From: Eledone cirrhosa
Lineage: Eukaryota
Length of the DNA: 64,000 nt
NCBI GenBank assembly: GCA_964016885.1
Contig: OZ024741.1
Location: 254,076,001-254,140,000, forward strand
Direction: 5' to 3'
Of the stretch, positions 1 to 13,694 are shown piece after piece. Within the stretch, counting starts at the first letter, position 1. Each line of letters opens with the position of its first letter. The position numbers and the translations under genes are program-made. The notes beneath the pieces were generated by a model, which made no database searches, had not been told where the DNA came from, and saw nothing but the letters and a program-made list of their open reading frames with translations.

Positions 1-406
1 AATTTCAAATTTGGCGGTCATTCGATGCGTGAAGGAGCAGCTTAGCAGACACGTTTTTTAACTGCGGTAAGAATTTTTTCTTATATCAAAGTTTAATGGG
101 CTTCCACTGATGATTTATAAACGCCCACCTAAATATATTCTTACATGAATATATGTTAGGCTTCTACATAAACTGGAAACATTCTCCTAATTTGTAGAAA
201 ACTTATAACGAAACAATTGTTTGGAAAGAGAGATATATTTTAACTTTAAATATATCTCATAAAATAATACAACTGGCTTTCCACATAATACATATAGTTA
301 GCACCCCAAACACTTAAATTGGGTTTATACTAACATATAACCTAATGTTTGTTGAGTGAGATGGTTGCCCGTCAGAGTTTAGCTTTAAGCTATCTCTGTT
401 ATTGTA

Positions 407-521
<115 letters not shown>

Positions 522-645
522 AGGCTTTGTTTATAAACAGCAAGCGAAGTTTGAAAAATAGGTAGTAATATATATATGTATATGTCCCAAGGCTCTAAAA
601 CCATCAACACTATAAACACAGAGCTGGCTAAGTAAGAACTGACTA

Positions 646-701
646 ACTGCCTGATGGGGTCATAGCCTTTCAATAGCTATCATCGAAATATATATAGTAG
701 T
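646..701 (+). ncRNA. Type I minimal hammerhead ribozyme motif (A9>G variant)
   Basis: actgc-CTGATGG-ggtcatagc..gctatcatc-GAAA-tatata-TA-gtagt: stems I and II pair and stem III is palindromic. Core position 9 is non-canonical. Confidence 0.65.
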
Positions 702-742
702 AAATAAAGGATTATGAGTTCATGCAATTGACTTATGTTTCG

Positions 743-797
<55 letters not shown>

Positions 798-861
798 ATA
801 TGTGTGTGTGTTGTGTGTGTGTCCAGGGTAAGGGTAAGCACCTCATTTGGTCATAAATTAC

Positions 862-940
862 AGCTGTAACTCCCATGAGTTACAGCTCTCCTTGAGAGCT
901 GTAACTCATGGGAGTTGCAGCTCTCCTTGTTTGCCTCAGA

Positions 941-941
<1 letters not shown>
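862..941. repeat. Short fold-back element (29-bp arms 862-890/894-922) with tail
   Basis: Near-perfect inverted repeat ending at a TA run. The tail recurs inverted at about 6015-6043. Confidence 0.75.
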
Positions 942-995
<54 letters not shown>

Positions 996-1076
996 TGTTT
1001 TAATATGATATGAGCCTATCTGTAATATGAAGTTACTTTTCCCATGTATTTATGTTGATGCTTATGGCAATATTTG

Positions 1077-1165
1077 TATTCATGATGATATGTAGACCAG
1101 CAGACTAATGCCCAATATATATTGAGGTATGACCAGCTGTTATACATTGAAACGTACATAGAGTA
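1077..1165 (+). ncRNA. Degenerate type I hammerhead motif
   Basis: tattc-ATGATGA-(atgtagaccagc..gctgttatacat)-GAAA-cgtaca-TA-gagta. C3 is mutated and the stem III palindrome is decayed. Confidence 0.55.
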
Positions 1166-1397
1166 AAATTGTGTTATAAGTACAAATTGGTTAAACTTTG
1201 AGCTCTGCAGTTTGTGCCATAACAGTCTATAACGTAATCTACAGAGGTTGAAAAATTCAACCTTTTTGGATTACCGATTGACCAAGGATACTCATTAGCA
1301 TTGAGTTTCTATAATCTTTACCAGGACATATATTGGTAAACTCCAATATAACCTAACATATACTATATATATATATTCTCACACACACACACACACG

Positions 1398-1456
<59 letters not shown>

Positions 1457-1468
1457 TCACACACACAC

Positions 1469-1514
<46 letters not shown>

Positions 1515-1527
1515 TCACACACACACG

Positions 1528-1560
<33 letters not shown>

Positions 1561-2105
1561 ATAAGAGGTTCATGGGACTAGTATAACGTTTCCCTGCTAG
1601 TACTGGTTGCATTTCAGCGTACTCAATGGGTAAGGTTATGTAAAAATCCCAGAGTAGACACAAAGTTATTTGCCTCAATGCAACACACGTAAATGGGTAC
1701 AATTAATTTATACACGTACTCGAGTTTCAGCCACACTTAATGCAGTAAGAGAGTATACAGCATCTACTATCTGCATTCATTATGCAATAATGCACAATCT
1801 GCACATGTGGCTTTATCAGCAGTCCTCACTTAATCAATGACCAATCAATTGACAGGATTTGATTCCAGTCTGTGTTGGCTATGGCAGTAAATGCAACAGG
1901 TGACACAGTAGTACATTAGTAACTAGAATCCCTATGCCTCATCACAATACCATCAACAGAATGGCCACTGGTTCAGAAATTTACGTGATGGCTAGGAGTC
2001 GAGATTCTATGCTTCAGCCCTTCCATAGAACTCAACTAACATATCTTAAGTCAAACACAAATTAACAAGTGAGTGAAAAAATCGGTTATTAGAGAAAAAT
2101 CAGTC

Positions 2106-2786
<681 letters not shown>

Positions 2787-2980
2787 TATATATATATATA
2801 GTAATAATAATAAATGTGAAGACTAAAATCCAAAGAGGGTTCGATAGAGCAAATATTTATTCTGCGTTCACAGATTGATTTTTTAAGTTTCAGAAGATAC
2901 CGTTAAGGGTGAAAGCAGCGATTCTTTGCTTAAACTTTAATCTGTTATTTTAATGAATAAATAAATAAATAAATAAATAA

Positions 2981-3043
<63 letters not shown>

Positions 3044-3399
3044 TAAACGGAATAGAAAATGCTGACAAATTGTTCACAGTTGAAAAATGCTTTAATTAGG
3101 AATAAAAGAGTATTAGTAATTGTATGGGTTAGTGTTCAGTTGTGGTTTTAAGTTTTTAAGTTTTTACCGGTTGCGCATTTCTAAATGCTTTTCAAAAATA
3201 ATTTTGAGATAGAGTGTCCGTGTTGTTTGCTCTGATCTGATTAGTTTTGGGAATTCTACCTGTTTTTATGTTAAAAAAGTGGTTCCAGCGCTACTTTGGT
3301 GTTGCAAAAATTCTTGTGGTCAAAACAATTTTGATTGGTCGGTAGAGGTCATGTGAATGTAAAAAATTGATTTTGGGCCAAGACTGTTTTTATGTTAGA

Positions 3400-4783
3400 T
3401 GCTCAATCACCTCCCTAATATGCCACTTTCTGAACAAACCCTACTAGTGACGTTCGATGTAGTCAACCTATACTCCAACATCCCCCACAACCTAGGAATA
3501 TAAGCTATCCAATGAACTCCCACAACGCATCAAAAAAGAATTCGTGATAGAGGGACTCAAATTTATCTTGGAGAACAATTACTTCGTTTTCAATAACAAA
3601 CCCTACAGGCAGAAATCTGGGACCGCTATGGGAACGAAAACAGCCCCCACTTATGTCAACCTAGTCATGGGATACCTGGAGATCACCCTCTACACTAAAG
3701 TCCTAAACAAATTTGGAAACACCCTCCACTTACATATTGAAAGGAACTGGAAGCGATATCTAGATGACTGCTTTATCCTTTGGCACGAAAACATCGAAAA
3801 ACTTAAAGAATTTCACACCCTTATAAATGGGCTCAACACGAATATTAACTTCACGATGGAATACAGCCATCAACAACTCCCCTTCCTCGACATCCTCATT
3901 AAGATCCATAACAAAAAATAGAAACAGACATATACTACAAGCCCACAGACTCCAAGCAATATCTCCCTTTCAACTCTTGCTACCCTAGACACGTTAAAAT
4001 TAATATTTCCTACAACTTAGCCAAGAGAATCTGTACTATAGTCTCCAATAAAAACACCTGCTACTTACGGCTACGAGAACTAAAGGACACACTCATAGGC
4101 AGGGACTACCCTGCATCACTAATTGACGTGCCCTAAAACTCAGTACCCAGGACCTTAGACAACCTAAAGTAAATCAACCGAAACTAAAAGCTCTTCCATA
4201 CATCTCCACACACAACCCCCTCAACAATGAGGCCTTTGACACCATCCTCCAGAACATCCCTGTGTTGAAAAAGGACCATAGAATGAACCAAATCCTACGA
4301 ACACACGATATCATAAAGAGCAAAAGACAATCCAAGTCAATGAAAAAACATCCTAACACAACAACGAAACCCACAGTAAAAAAATGCGATAGACCCAACT
4401 GTGGCATTTGCATCAACCTAATAGAGGGTTCGGAATTCTATTTCAAAGAAGGACAACGTTTTATAGTAAAACACAATTTCACATGTGCATCGGAAAATCT
4501 AATATATGTATTAACTTGCTCAGGTTGTCGAGAACAATACATAGGCCAGACCAAAAGCAGCCTCCGCCAACGCAGGACTGTCCATAGATCCCAAATTAAA
4601 ATACGGGAATACAGGAAAATACCACTGAGTGAACACATTGATACCTGTGCCGCCCCAAATCATCCCAACTTCAGAATCTTTCCCCTCTACAAATTTAAAG
4701 ATAATGCCACCCACACCCAGCGCATCAGCAAGGAATCTTACTTCATTAACAAATACGGACCCCGTCTAAACACTTCTCCCTAA
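3400..4783 (+). pseudogene. Penelope RT + GIY-YIG endonuclease, disrupted
   Basis: ORF 3544-3921 carries the RT core. ORF 4262-4783 carries CDRPNCGIC, LIYVLTCSGCREQYIGQT and YGPRLN. Stops and frameshifts lie between them. Confidence 0.9.
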
Positions 4784-4911
4784 GACGAACCCACAACATA
4801 CACACGTCAACATACATACCTACATCAGCACACATCTCTACCCACATATAAACACAATGACATACGTAAACACACATGCTCTATGGTGCAACACAAAATA
4901 ATATATGTGTA

Positions 4912-4967
<56 letters not shown>

Positions 4968-5416
4968 ATATATGTGTATGTATATATATATATATATAGT
5001 GAATATCATTTCACACCTTTTATTGTTAAGATTTTTGATGTTCTATTAAGAGAACCGATTTTACTGAAAAAATCGAATAATGTACACCATTTTACCAGGG
5101 GGAAAAAAATACTGGTCCACCCCCACACACACACACACATTCTCTCTCACACACACACACACACACACATGTACATTAACATACAAAGAGACTTATACAC
5201 ACACACACACACTTCTCCGTATAAGACAAAAGCTGAAAAACATCTTTTGACATGCTAAAATACCCCCCACTGCTTACAGACACATTTCTACTGACCACCC
5301 CTGCTACCACGAATTACTCTGCTATACACACACACACACTTATCTTAATAGCCATTTGACACACATCCCTGCTAACCATTATCACAACATCGAACACCTT
5401 ACTAGTACTACTACTA

Positions 5417-5450
<34 letters not shown>

Positions 5451-5782
5451 TTGTTGTGAAAGAGTCATTTCTCAGTCTTGGCGCAAAATCAATTTTTTAT
5501 TCACATGACCTTTACCGACCAATCAAAATTGTTTTGACCACAAGAATTTTTGCAAACACCAAGTAGCGCTGGAGCCACTTTTCTAACATAAAAACAGTCT
5601 TGGCGCAAAATCAATTTTTTACATTCACATGACCTCTACCGACCAATCAAAATTGTTTTGACCACAAGAATTTTTGCAACACCAAAGTAGCGCTGGAGCC
5701 ACTTTTTTAACATAAAAACAGGTAGAATTCCCAAAACTAATCAGATCAGAGCAAACAACACGGACACTCTATCTCAAAATTA

Positions 5783-5819
5783 TTTTTGAAAAGCATTTAG
5801 AAATGCGCAACCGGTAAAA
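5783..5819 (+). ncRNA. Minimal hammerhead motif in the Penelope pLTR (U3-A8 core, A13>C; probably inactive), mirrored on minus at about 3162-3198
   Basis: ttt-TTGAAAA-gcattt-ag-aaatgc-GCAA-ccgg-TA-aaa. Confidence 0.55.
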
Positions 5820-5976
5820 ACTTAAAAACTTAAAATCACAACTGAACACTAACCCATACAATTACTAATACTCTTTTATTCCTAATTAAACCATTTTTCA
5901 ACTGTGAACAATTTGTCAGCATTTTCTATTCCGTTTACCAATATATAATAACTTGTGTATTACACCTCTATTCTTT

Positions 5977-6017
<41 letters not shown>

Positions 6018-6834
6018 CTGAGGCAAACAAGGAGAGCTGTAACTTGAAATATATATTTGCATGTTAAACAATTAATTAAGAACAACATTTCCAAATAAAA
6101 AACTACACGGAATAGACATGAAGCCCTATAAGCTGTAGCAAAAAGAATCCAACAAGGAGAGCACTAACTCTGAATAAAAACTGACACAATGTATAGAAAA
6201 CATTTTAGTCTTAACAAAGAATATTTCTAGTGCTGGATGCATGATAAGATGCATGCAGTCCATGCTATAAAGTGGTTGGTAATAAGGAGAGTGTCCAGTG
6301 AGAAGACCTTGCCAAAGCTATGAAAAATATGGATATACACTTCCAGCAAGTTAAATCATTTCAAGGTTGCCATTGTTAATTAATATGTTCTTTTAAAAAC
6401 TAATTATATTTCTTAGAATCAATAATCTATAAATGCCATATCAATGCATTTGCTTTAAAGTTATAATCTGTTAAATATTTCTCCTCCCTAATAACATAGG
6501 GCTTATCCCACTACCTTCTCTTTCATGTTATAACCTGTTAAATATCATATAGTGTCTCCTTACCAGAATTCCAGTTAAGAGATATTGTGAGATTTGAATA
6601 TATAATTGTGGGGTAGTGATTAATGTAATCACAAGCACAGTAAGGTTTCTCTCCAACAGATAACCATCCAACATCATTTGAACATCCAGAGTGAGCCTTA
6701 GCTATATAAAATCGCCTGATATTGCTGCAAGATAGAATGGAAACATTATCGATAGTGTGATTACAACATTAATGACAGTGATGGTGAAAGCAACTACAAC
6801 TACAATATCAATAACAGCAGTATTTAAAATATCA

Positions 6835-7040
6835 ATTTATAATTTAGGCACAAGGCTAACAAATTTGGGGGAAGTACAAAGTTGATTAAATATTTAGTTG
6901 ATACTTTATTTTATCAATCCCAGAAAGTTGAAAAGAAAAGTTGACTTCAGCAGGATTTGAACACAGAATGTTAAGAGCTATAACAAATGTTGCTATGGCA
7001 TTTTAGTCAACATTCTACCAATTCTGCCAATCCAGCACCA
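6835..7040 (-). mobile_element. tRNA-derived SINE, family B (degenerate)
   Basis: Similar to the copies at 29820-30120 and 59890-60115 (B-box-like gttcaaatcc followed by gctgaagtcaactt). Confidence 0.6.
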
Positions 7041-7684
7041 TGCAGTAGTTAAAATTTAAAAAAAATCAATGTTGAAATATGCATGAGATTTTATATAGTA
7101 CACAAGGTCACATGCCAAAAATTTGGTAGCTCCTACATTGGAAGCGATGTTCAGAAACTACACATAAATATCAAAGAACACACAACCACAAGTTCTTTCT
7201 CTTTCAAAAAACACTTATAAGAATACCACATCCAAGATATTGAGGTCACCATAGAATCCACCAAGAGGAATGAGAGTAATTAGTGGATAAAAGAGTCTCT
7301 TCTTATAAACAGGCATAAACCAAACATAAACAACAGATCTGAATTATATGTATCTGACTGGCTGTTATGACCAGTCTGCATATGCTACATTTCTGACAAA
7401 GGTTAAACACTCAAGAAAAGAATAGCTCGTAGGAACAAAATGCTCTAATATTTCTTCATTCATCATTTAAGAAAAATAGTCTAACTTGAAATATCATGAA
7501 ATATAGGGTAAAAAGTATTGTTTTGCTTTGTCATTCTTGTTTTACTCTACTCTATACTTCTTATTTGCATTGTACTGGCTTTCCCAATAATTTCTTAGTT
7601 ACATACCTCACAATACTTCATACATATTTAAAAAAAACAAACAAACAATTATCACAACAACAGTAAGTAGAACTATAGTAATAA

Positions 7685-7890
7685 TGATTTCTACACTTGG
7701 CATAAGGTCAGCAATTTGGGGGAGGGAGAAAATTGATTAAATCTACCGCAGTATTTTATTTGTATTTATTTTATCAAATCTGAAAAGGCAAAGTTGATGT
7801 TGGCGGGATTTGAACTCAGAATATAAGGAGTCATAACAAATACCACAAAGTATTTGTTCGATGCTCTAACGATTCTACTATTTCACCATA
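7685..7890 (-). mobile_element. tRNA-derived SINE, family B
   Basis: Shared core ggcgggatttgaactcagaa and aaaggcaaagttga. Confidence 0.65.
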
Positions 7891-8206
7891 CTTAGAACAA
7901 TAATAATAACAACATTGACAAGAACAAAAACAACTATCACAGCAACAGTGAAAATAACAACAACAACTAGCACATTTAACATTTAATCAATAATTATAGT
8001 GATTATGAATGTATATATAGTGTATTTTGCAATACACTGTATGCTTAATTAAAAGCATTTCGAAGACCTTATGCTATTGTTTTAGAGTAGTGACAGACTC
8101 ACTTACTTTAATTTCAGCAAACAGGGGGAGATAAAGTGATTATGTTATTGTCTCAAGGGATAATGATAGAAACAATTTAATAATTGATTAAGTGTTAAAT
8201 ACACTA

Positions 8207-8208
8207 GT

Positions 8209-8248
<40 letters not shown>

Positions 8249-8465
8249 CTGTTTAATATCTATTTTCATACTTGCATATACTCAAGCTTGACTGGTCAGG
8301 TGACTATGTCTTACTTGCATGTTCCATTTTGAGGGTTGGTTTCTATAGTTGGATGCCTTTCTTAACACCAACTACTTTATAACATGTACTAGGAGCATCT
8401 TATCCTGACTCTAGAAGTAGCACCATACTGTATATACTGAATGTTTTTTGTCATGGCACCAGCCC
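8207..8465 (-). mobile_element. SINE family A fragment with (GAT)n tail
   Basis: tttctatagttggatgcctttcttaacaccaac matches the reverse complement of the family A core. Confidence 0.6.
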
Positions 8466-9024
8466 TATTTAGCTTAATTTTTTAGGATTTACACCGACCA
8501 TATCCGACCAGAATCCTCTCGCCTCTTTCTGTTCAAACCATCCCTAACTGGCCACCCATACCAATGATAAGGTATTATTCTCAAAATAAATAACATCAAA
8601 TCGATATTATGAGATAATTATGCAAGATAAATCCTGTACTACAAAAATACAATAGTAAATATATAGTAATGTAAATGGTAAAGAGTTAAGTGAAATAGGT
8701 AAATGACAACACAAGTAACCTATAACTGATACATAGCTGTGGACAACAATATGAGAACAATCTAACCCCATAGTTTGAATAAAGAGTTCAATTCAAAATT
8801 CTTAAACATTACTGAATATGACAGGTAACAGAAAAAAGATTGAGGGTAGAGTGACTAAAACATTGTGATTATAACAACCAAGATGAGGACAATAGTATGG
8901 ATAAATTAGTTTGCAGTTTTTTGTTTTATATTTATAATGACTATTTACTTAACACACTGATATTTTACTTTCACATCTGAAGATTCAGTTTATTTAGCTG
9001 CTCAAAAATATTAACCAAAGAGAC

Positions 9025-11064
9025 TATAACAGAATACTAGTGTGTATGAATTTAACAAGGGAGACGTGATTTGGTTGTATAATATTTAATTAATAATTTG
9101 TGGATATATAGAACAGTATAGTTAACATGTCAATGAATAGATGAAAGAATGAAGCAAAGTTATTAGTTACCGTTTGATTGCCAGGCGAACGTGGCTGGCA
9201 GAAGACGCCTGGCGAAGGCCAGGCGCCGGAAGGGCAAATGAGAGAGAGAGAACTTAAAGTTGTTAGTTTTATAGGGTTCTGACCGGAAGTTACAGAAAGG
9301 GTTCTACTTCCTGTCTAGAGAGCGTTAATCTATTGGGGATGTGAGTGTCACAACAAGGGAGGCAACTCCTGCTACATTATCTCCCGCCAGATTTTTAAAA
9401 TATAAAAATCGAATGAAATATGTATGTAGTAAGTTGGCGAGAATGTTGTAACAGGCATGAACATTACGAAAAAAAAAAATGTTTGCAAAAATCAATGATA
9501 GATATCAAGGTAGCCAACCGCTCTTGGCCAGAGAACGACTGGACATCTATCTATCCATCACCCAAAGATACAATGTAATAAAGTAAGAGAAGAGCTCAAA
9601 GTTCAAATGTACAAAACATAGTTCACAGGTGTGCAATCACATGACAGCAGGAAAGAATGTGTGTTCCAGAGAATGAATGCAGGTGGTTTCTGTTCTGTGG
9701 TATATCGTGAAATTTCCAACCTCCGAATGGATTTTCTCACAAGAAGAGTGCTGCAAAAATAAATTCTCTGGCTTGTTCTGCTGGTTTTGGTTGTTGATGA
9801 AGGTGTGTTGCTGTTGATGTTGTCTCGCGGAGTGAGCGTATTCGATGTTTAAATTCACAGTAAAAATTTTTTTTCAGAAAAAAATGAGTTGCGCAAAGTG
9901 CTAGAAATAACAGCCGAAGTTGATGGTCGATGTTGAGAATGCATTGACCTGGAGGGGTCAAGAGGCCAGCGACCAAAGAAATAAACATTCGGAATAAATG
10001 CGCAGTTTTCAACGGCAAATTTACATGGTAAATTTTTAAACCGGCAAATAGGAGAATATAGCTTAAGGCTGGAGAATCCTTGGCAAGAAACGTTATCCCT
10101 GGCGTGTGGCTATCTCAGTGAATCGAGATATCTCCGTGAGTTGAGAATCCTGCTGCCTACACGTGCCAAAACAAGGTTAAGTTGAAAAAAAAATATTTCT
10201 AATGCGCGAGAAAATGGCGCGAAAATGATAGTGCAACAGGTCGTTGGCAGCCATTTTGAAAAAATGTGTCTGTGAAAGTGACAATGATGAAAAAGAAAGA
10301 AAGGCTTCACTTAGTATAACAAATATGGCGAGTTCAATTTTTATTTTGTGAACGATGAAGAAAACGATGAAAAAAAGGCAATGGTTGAGATTCATCGAAA
10401 ATAAATGTTCCTGTTGAAATGTTTTTAAAAAAAAATCAAATTTCTTTTTTTTTTGTTTGTTTTTGAAGTGTTCGTTGTAAGAAACGAGAAACATATATAT
10501 ATATATATATACAGTGAACTGCGACAGTTAGTGGATGCGTGAGGGAAAAAGAGTCTCTCTGCACGAAAATTTCACATGTGCGTGTGTGTGTTTCTTTGAC
10601 TGAGTATTTTCATAGTTTGTCAATAAAATTTGCTGTGTATTCGTAATGTTACTCACACAACACCAGATTCTGCTATTTTTTCTTTTTTCGGGGTCACCAC
10701 TTATAACAGAATACTAGTGTGTATGAATGTAACAAGGGAGACGTGATTTGGTTGTATAATATTTAATTAACAATTTGTGGATATATAGAACAGTATAGTT
10801 GACATGTCAATGAATAGATGAAAGAATGAAGCAAAGTTATTAGTTACCGTGGCTGGCAGAAGTGACTGGCTGGCGAACGTGGCTGGCAGAAGACGCCTGG
10901 CGAAGGCCAGGCGCCGGAAGGGCAAATGAGAGAGAGAGAACTTAAAGTTGTTAGTTTTATAGGGTTCTGACCGGAAGTTACAGAAAGGGTTCTACTTCCT
11001 GTCTAGATAGCGTTAATCTATTGGGGATGTGAGTGTCACAACAAGGGAGGCAACTCCTGCTACA
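9025..11064 (-). mobile_element. Non-autonomous LTR retrotransposon (Gypsy-like, TRIM/LARD type)
   Basis: Near-identical LTRs at 9025-9376 and 10702-11064. 4-bp TSD AGAC (9021-9024, 11065-11068). PBS TGGTGACCCCGA on minus next to the 5' LTR, and a purine-rich tract next to the 3' LTR. No gag/pol ORF recognised. Confidence 0.9.
10688..10699 (-). promoter_or_regulatory. Primer-binding site complementary to the tRNA-Trp 3' end
   Basis: Plus-strand tcggggtcacca matches the 3' end of eukaryotic tRNA-Trp (..UCGGGGUCA-CCA). Confidence 0.75.
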
Positions 11065-11598
11065 AGACAATGTCCATGATTATCATTCAGCTCTGTAAAA
11101 ATGTCCATCTTACTCTGAACATCAAGAAATAATTTGAGGTTATCTCTAAGATCAAATGCTTGTTTAGTCACATTTTCTCTTGAAAATCACTAGACATTTA
11201 CGTGGAAAAGAAGCAAATAATAACGTCCATTCATATCAATATATAACTGCTTGAAAAGTAATAAACTTTCCACTCATTGAACTGCAACAACATAAGAAAC
11301 TCTAATAACCTTTTAGTGTATTTCTTGGAATGCTCCTGTTGAATCAAGCTTCATCTTTCTGCAAGCATTTTTGAGATATTCGCAAAAGTTTTTGCCATAT
11401 ATTTGTGCTAATGATGAATGTTCTGTAAATGTATTGTGTGTGCTGTTTCATATGTGTTAAACAGTGTCATGTATAGTGGGACACAGTGCCCAGTAGATTG
11501 TTTAATCACAATTGGGGTAGAATAATAATAATTAGAAAGTGTGGTTTCTGAGTGGAAAAATGGTTGTAACAAGAATATCACATAATCTCACTGACCAA

Positions 11599-11633
<35 letters not shown>

Positions 11634-11827
11634 GATAAATCTACCAAGAGTTTACGGTAGTGTCCAATCCGTATGAAGAACTCAATGTATTCCGGATATC
11701 ATGGAAAGAAGAGATGTAATGAAAAATCACTTTCGGTGAAAGATAAACGGTATACAGAGTCAAGATAAAATATTAAACAAATAATGAATAAAACAATGAA
11801 ACAGTTCCTTATATTAAACAAAAAAAG

Positions 11828-11982
11828 TTCATTATTTAACGATCGTTTCTAGGATATATATGTGTTAGAATTGGCATGCATATTCAACAGATCTATGTAC
11901 AAAATTATACAAAATTATACAAACTATCAAGATTAAATATACATACCAAACACACATATACGCCGTCTTCAGAAATAATGAA
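11828..11982 (-). ncRNA. Type I hammerhead ribozyme (mirror copy)
   Basis: Reverse complement of 12622-12776. Confidence 0.8.
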
Positions 11983-12621
11983 ATATATTTATTGATAATA
12001 ACAACAATTCAAAATTTCAGGTCCGTTTGGGAACAAAATTGACCAATGAAAATACAAAAGGTTTTATGCAGTTTGGCGTGTGTATATACATGTAACTACC
12101 CCGTACACATATTTATACAAAGATGTATGCTCAACATGCATACGCATGCCAAAAAGATGCATGCAAATACAAAATTTCAAGGTTAATGTCTCTGTAAGTT
12201 TATAATGCACAGATAAGATGCGTATAGACACATAAATATGAAATAAGTGTATACACATATTCTCATACTCACACATATCCGTACACTCACACACACGCGC
12301 GCGTATATGCATAAACATACACATAATTACGAACATGCATACACACACACACCCCCACACACATATATATATGTGGATATAATATTATCATAAGCACATG
12401 GATATTAATTCACTCACATAAACACTGCCACACACATTTAGATCAAGATACAGAAATTAGGTGGGAGGGGGGGAGAGGTCAGTATTCAACGGTTGGGCAG
12501 ACTGCTTATTTATAGATGTATCTATAAACTAAGAAATAAAAAATAAAAATTAAAAAGGAAAGAAAAGAAATTCCCAAACGGACCTGAAATTTTGAATTGT
12601 TGTTATTATCAATAAATATAT

Positions 12622-12776
12622 TTCATTATTTCTGAAGACGGCGTATATGTGTGTTTGGTATGTATATTTAATCTTGATAGTTTGTATAATTTTGTATAAT
12701 TTTGTACATAGATCTGTTGAATATGCATGCCAATTCTAACACATATATATCCTAGAAACGATCGTTAAATAATGAA
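12622..12776 (+). ncRNA. Type I hammerhead ribozyme with long stem II
   Basis: ttcattattt-CTGAAGA-(116 nt)-GAAA-cgatcg-TT-aaataatgaa: perfect 10-bp stem I, palindromic stem III, predicted GUU cleavage after 12766. Confidence 0.8.
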
Positions 12777-12830
12777 CTTTTTTTGTTTAATATAAGGAAC
12801 TGTTTCATTGTTTTATTCATTATTTGTTTA

Positions 12831-12860
<30 letters not shown>

Positions 12861-12867
<7 letters not shown>

Positions 12868-13071
12868 TGTTAGCTATTGCCGTATTTTGACTAAAGCAAT
12901 TAAAGAAATTATTTAGCCTGATAGTGGGGTTAAGAACCCTCGGAGAAATGGAAAAAGATGAGTATTGACGTACATGTACATAATTTCTTTAATTGCTTTA
13001 GTCAAAATACGGCGATAGCTAACATTTCTAATAATTTCAAATCAACTCGCTGTTTCGAAAATATTCTTACT

Positions 13072-13075
<4 letters not shown>
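12861..13075. repeat. TA-embedded fold-back (arms 12861-12912 and 12980-13032) with tail
   Basis: 52-bp inverted arms between two (TA)n tracts. Confidence 0.8.
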
Positions 13076-13130
<55 letters not shown>

Positions 13131-13137
<7 letters not shown>

Positions 13138-13460
13138 AAAAAAGAAGAAATCGAAAATGCAACTGGAGTCTTTTTAAGAATATTTATTTGTTTCCTTTAC
13201 CGGTTTCACAGTTCTTATGCTTTTCAAAAGTAGAATGGAGGGTTTGTGGATTTTCTCGCACCTGATTCTAGAAAAACCACAAACCCTCCATCTCAATTCT
13301 ACTTTTAAAAAGCATAAGAACTGTGAAACCAGTAAAGGAAACAAATAAATATTCTTAGAAAGACTCCAGTTGCATTTTCGATTTTATCTTTTTTCCTTAT
13401 ACTTTCACTCATGTAGGACATTTCTTTTTTTTTCATTTTGAAAAAAACCTAATTTTCTTA
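13131..13460. mobile_element. TA-embedded fold-back mini-element (arms ~13131-13253 and ~13274-13400)
   Basis: About 120-bp inverted arms containing a hammerhead motif, with a one-sided 3' tail. Confidence 0.8.
13192..13235 (-). ncRNA. Minimal hammerhead motif with U3-A8 core
   Basis: Minus strand: ttctactt-TTGAAAA-gca-taagaac-tgt-GAAA-ccgg-TA-aaggaa. Confidence 0.6.
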
Positions 13461-13519
13461 TATATATATATATATTACATTTATGAAAAAGTTTGGTGCT
13501 TCATCAAATTTTCATTTTT

Positions 13520-13694
13520 TACTATGGAAAAAATAGTCTAAATAATAGGTATATTAAGCCCCCTTTGATGCATGGTCAATAAAGAATGAACTAGCCGGTG
13601 TTGGTGCAATCCTCTCTTCTTCCATCTGTTACATCCTAGATGTTATGCTAAATAAAATGAAAGTGTCTGTGTCTGTTTGTGACAACATGGGCAC
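13520..13694 (-). pseudogene. Probable degenerate exon 4 of the PAN-domain gene
   Basis: Acceptor ttttag at 13695. Reads CPCCHKQTQTLSFYLA* then, after a frameshift, DGRREDCTNTG*FILY*PC. Several stops. Confidence 0.45.

Larger units (their letters stand above)
3041..5980 (+). mobile_element. 5'-truncated Penelope-like retroelement with inverted terminal segment
   Basis: Frameshifted RT (FDVVNLYSNIP, GTAMGT, RYLDD, LPFLD) and GIY-YIG endonuclease. Segment 3041-3399 is the reverse complement of 5582-5940. Partial tandem pLTR at 5474-5597. Flanked by (TA)n. Confidence 0.9.
8900..11450 (-). pseudogene. hAT (Buster/GTF2IRD2-like) transposase relic split by the LTR element
   Basis: Minus-strand translation across the insertion gives ..AFDLRDNLKLFLDVQSKMDIFTELNDNH [LTR] LVNIFEQLNKLNLQM, with a CIHH..MAK motif further upstream. 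These resemble hAT core motifs (recognised from memory). Confidence 0.6.
11767..12840. mobile_element. PLE-type fold-back mini-element (about 265-bp inverted arms, ~11767-12032 and ~12570-12840)
   Basis: Essentially identical inverted arms, each holding a hammerhead, with (TA)n on both sides of the region. Confidence 0.8.

Noticed and set aside
1-72. Possible exon end with CG|GTAAGA donor
   Set aside because: Too little context at the window edge and no partner exon identified.
1712-1830. Minus-strand hammerhead-like motif CTGATAA-agccac..gtggct-GAAA-ctcgag-TA
   Set aside because: Stems II and III fit, but stem I does not pair and C3-A8 is mismatched. Probably a relic, so not counted.
9637-10494. 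Short minus-strand ORFs inside the LTR element as gag
   Set aside because: No recognisable capsid or zinc-knuckle motif, and the ORFs are short and low in complexity.
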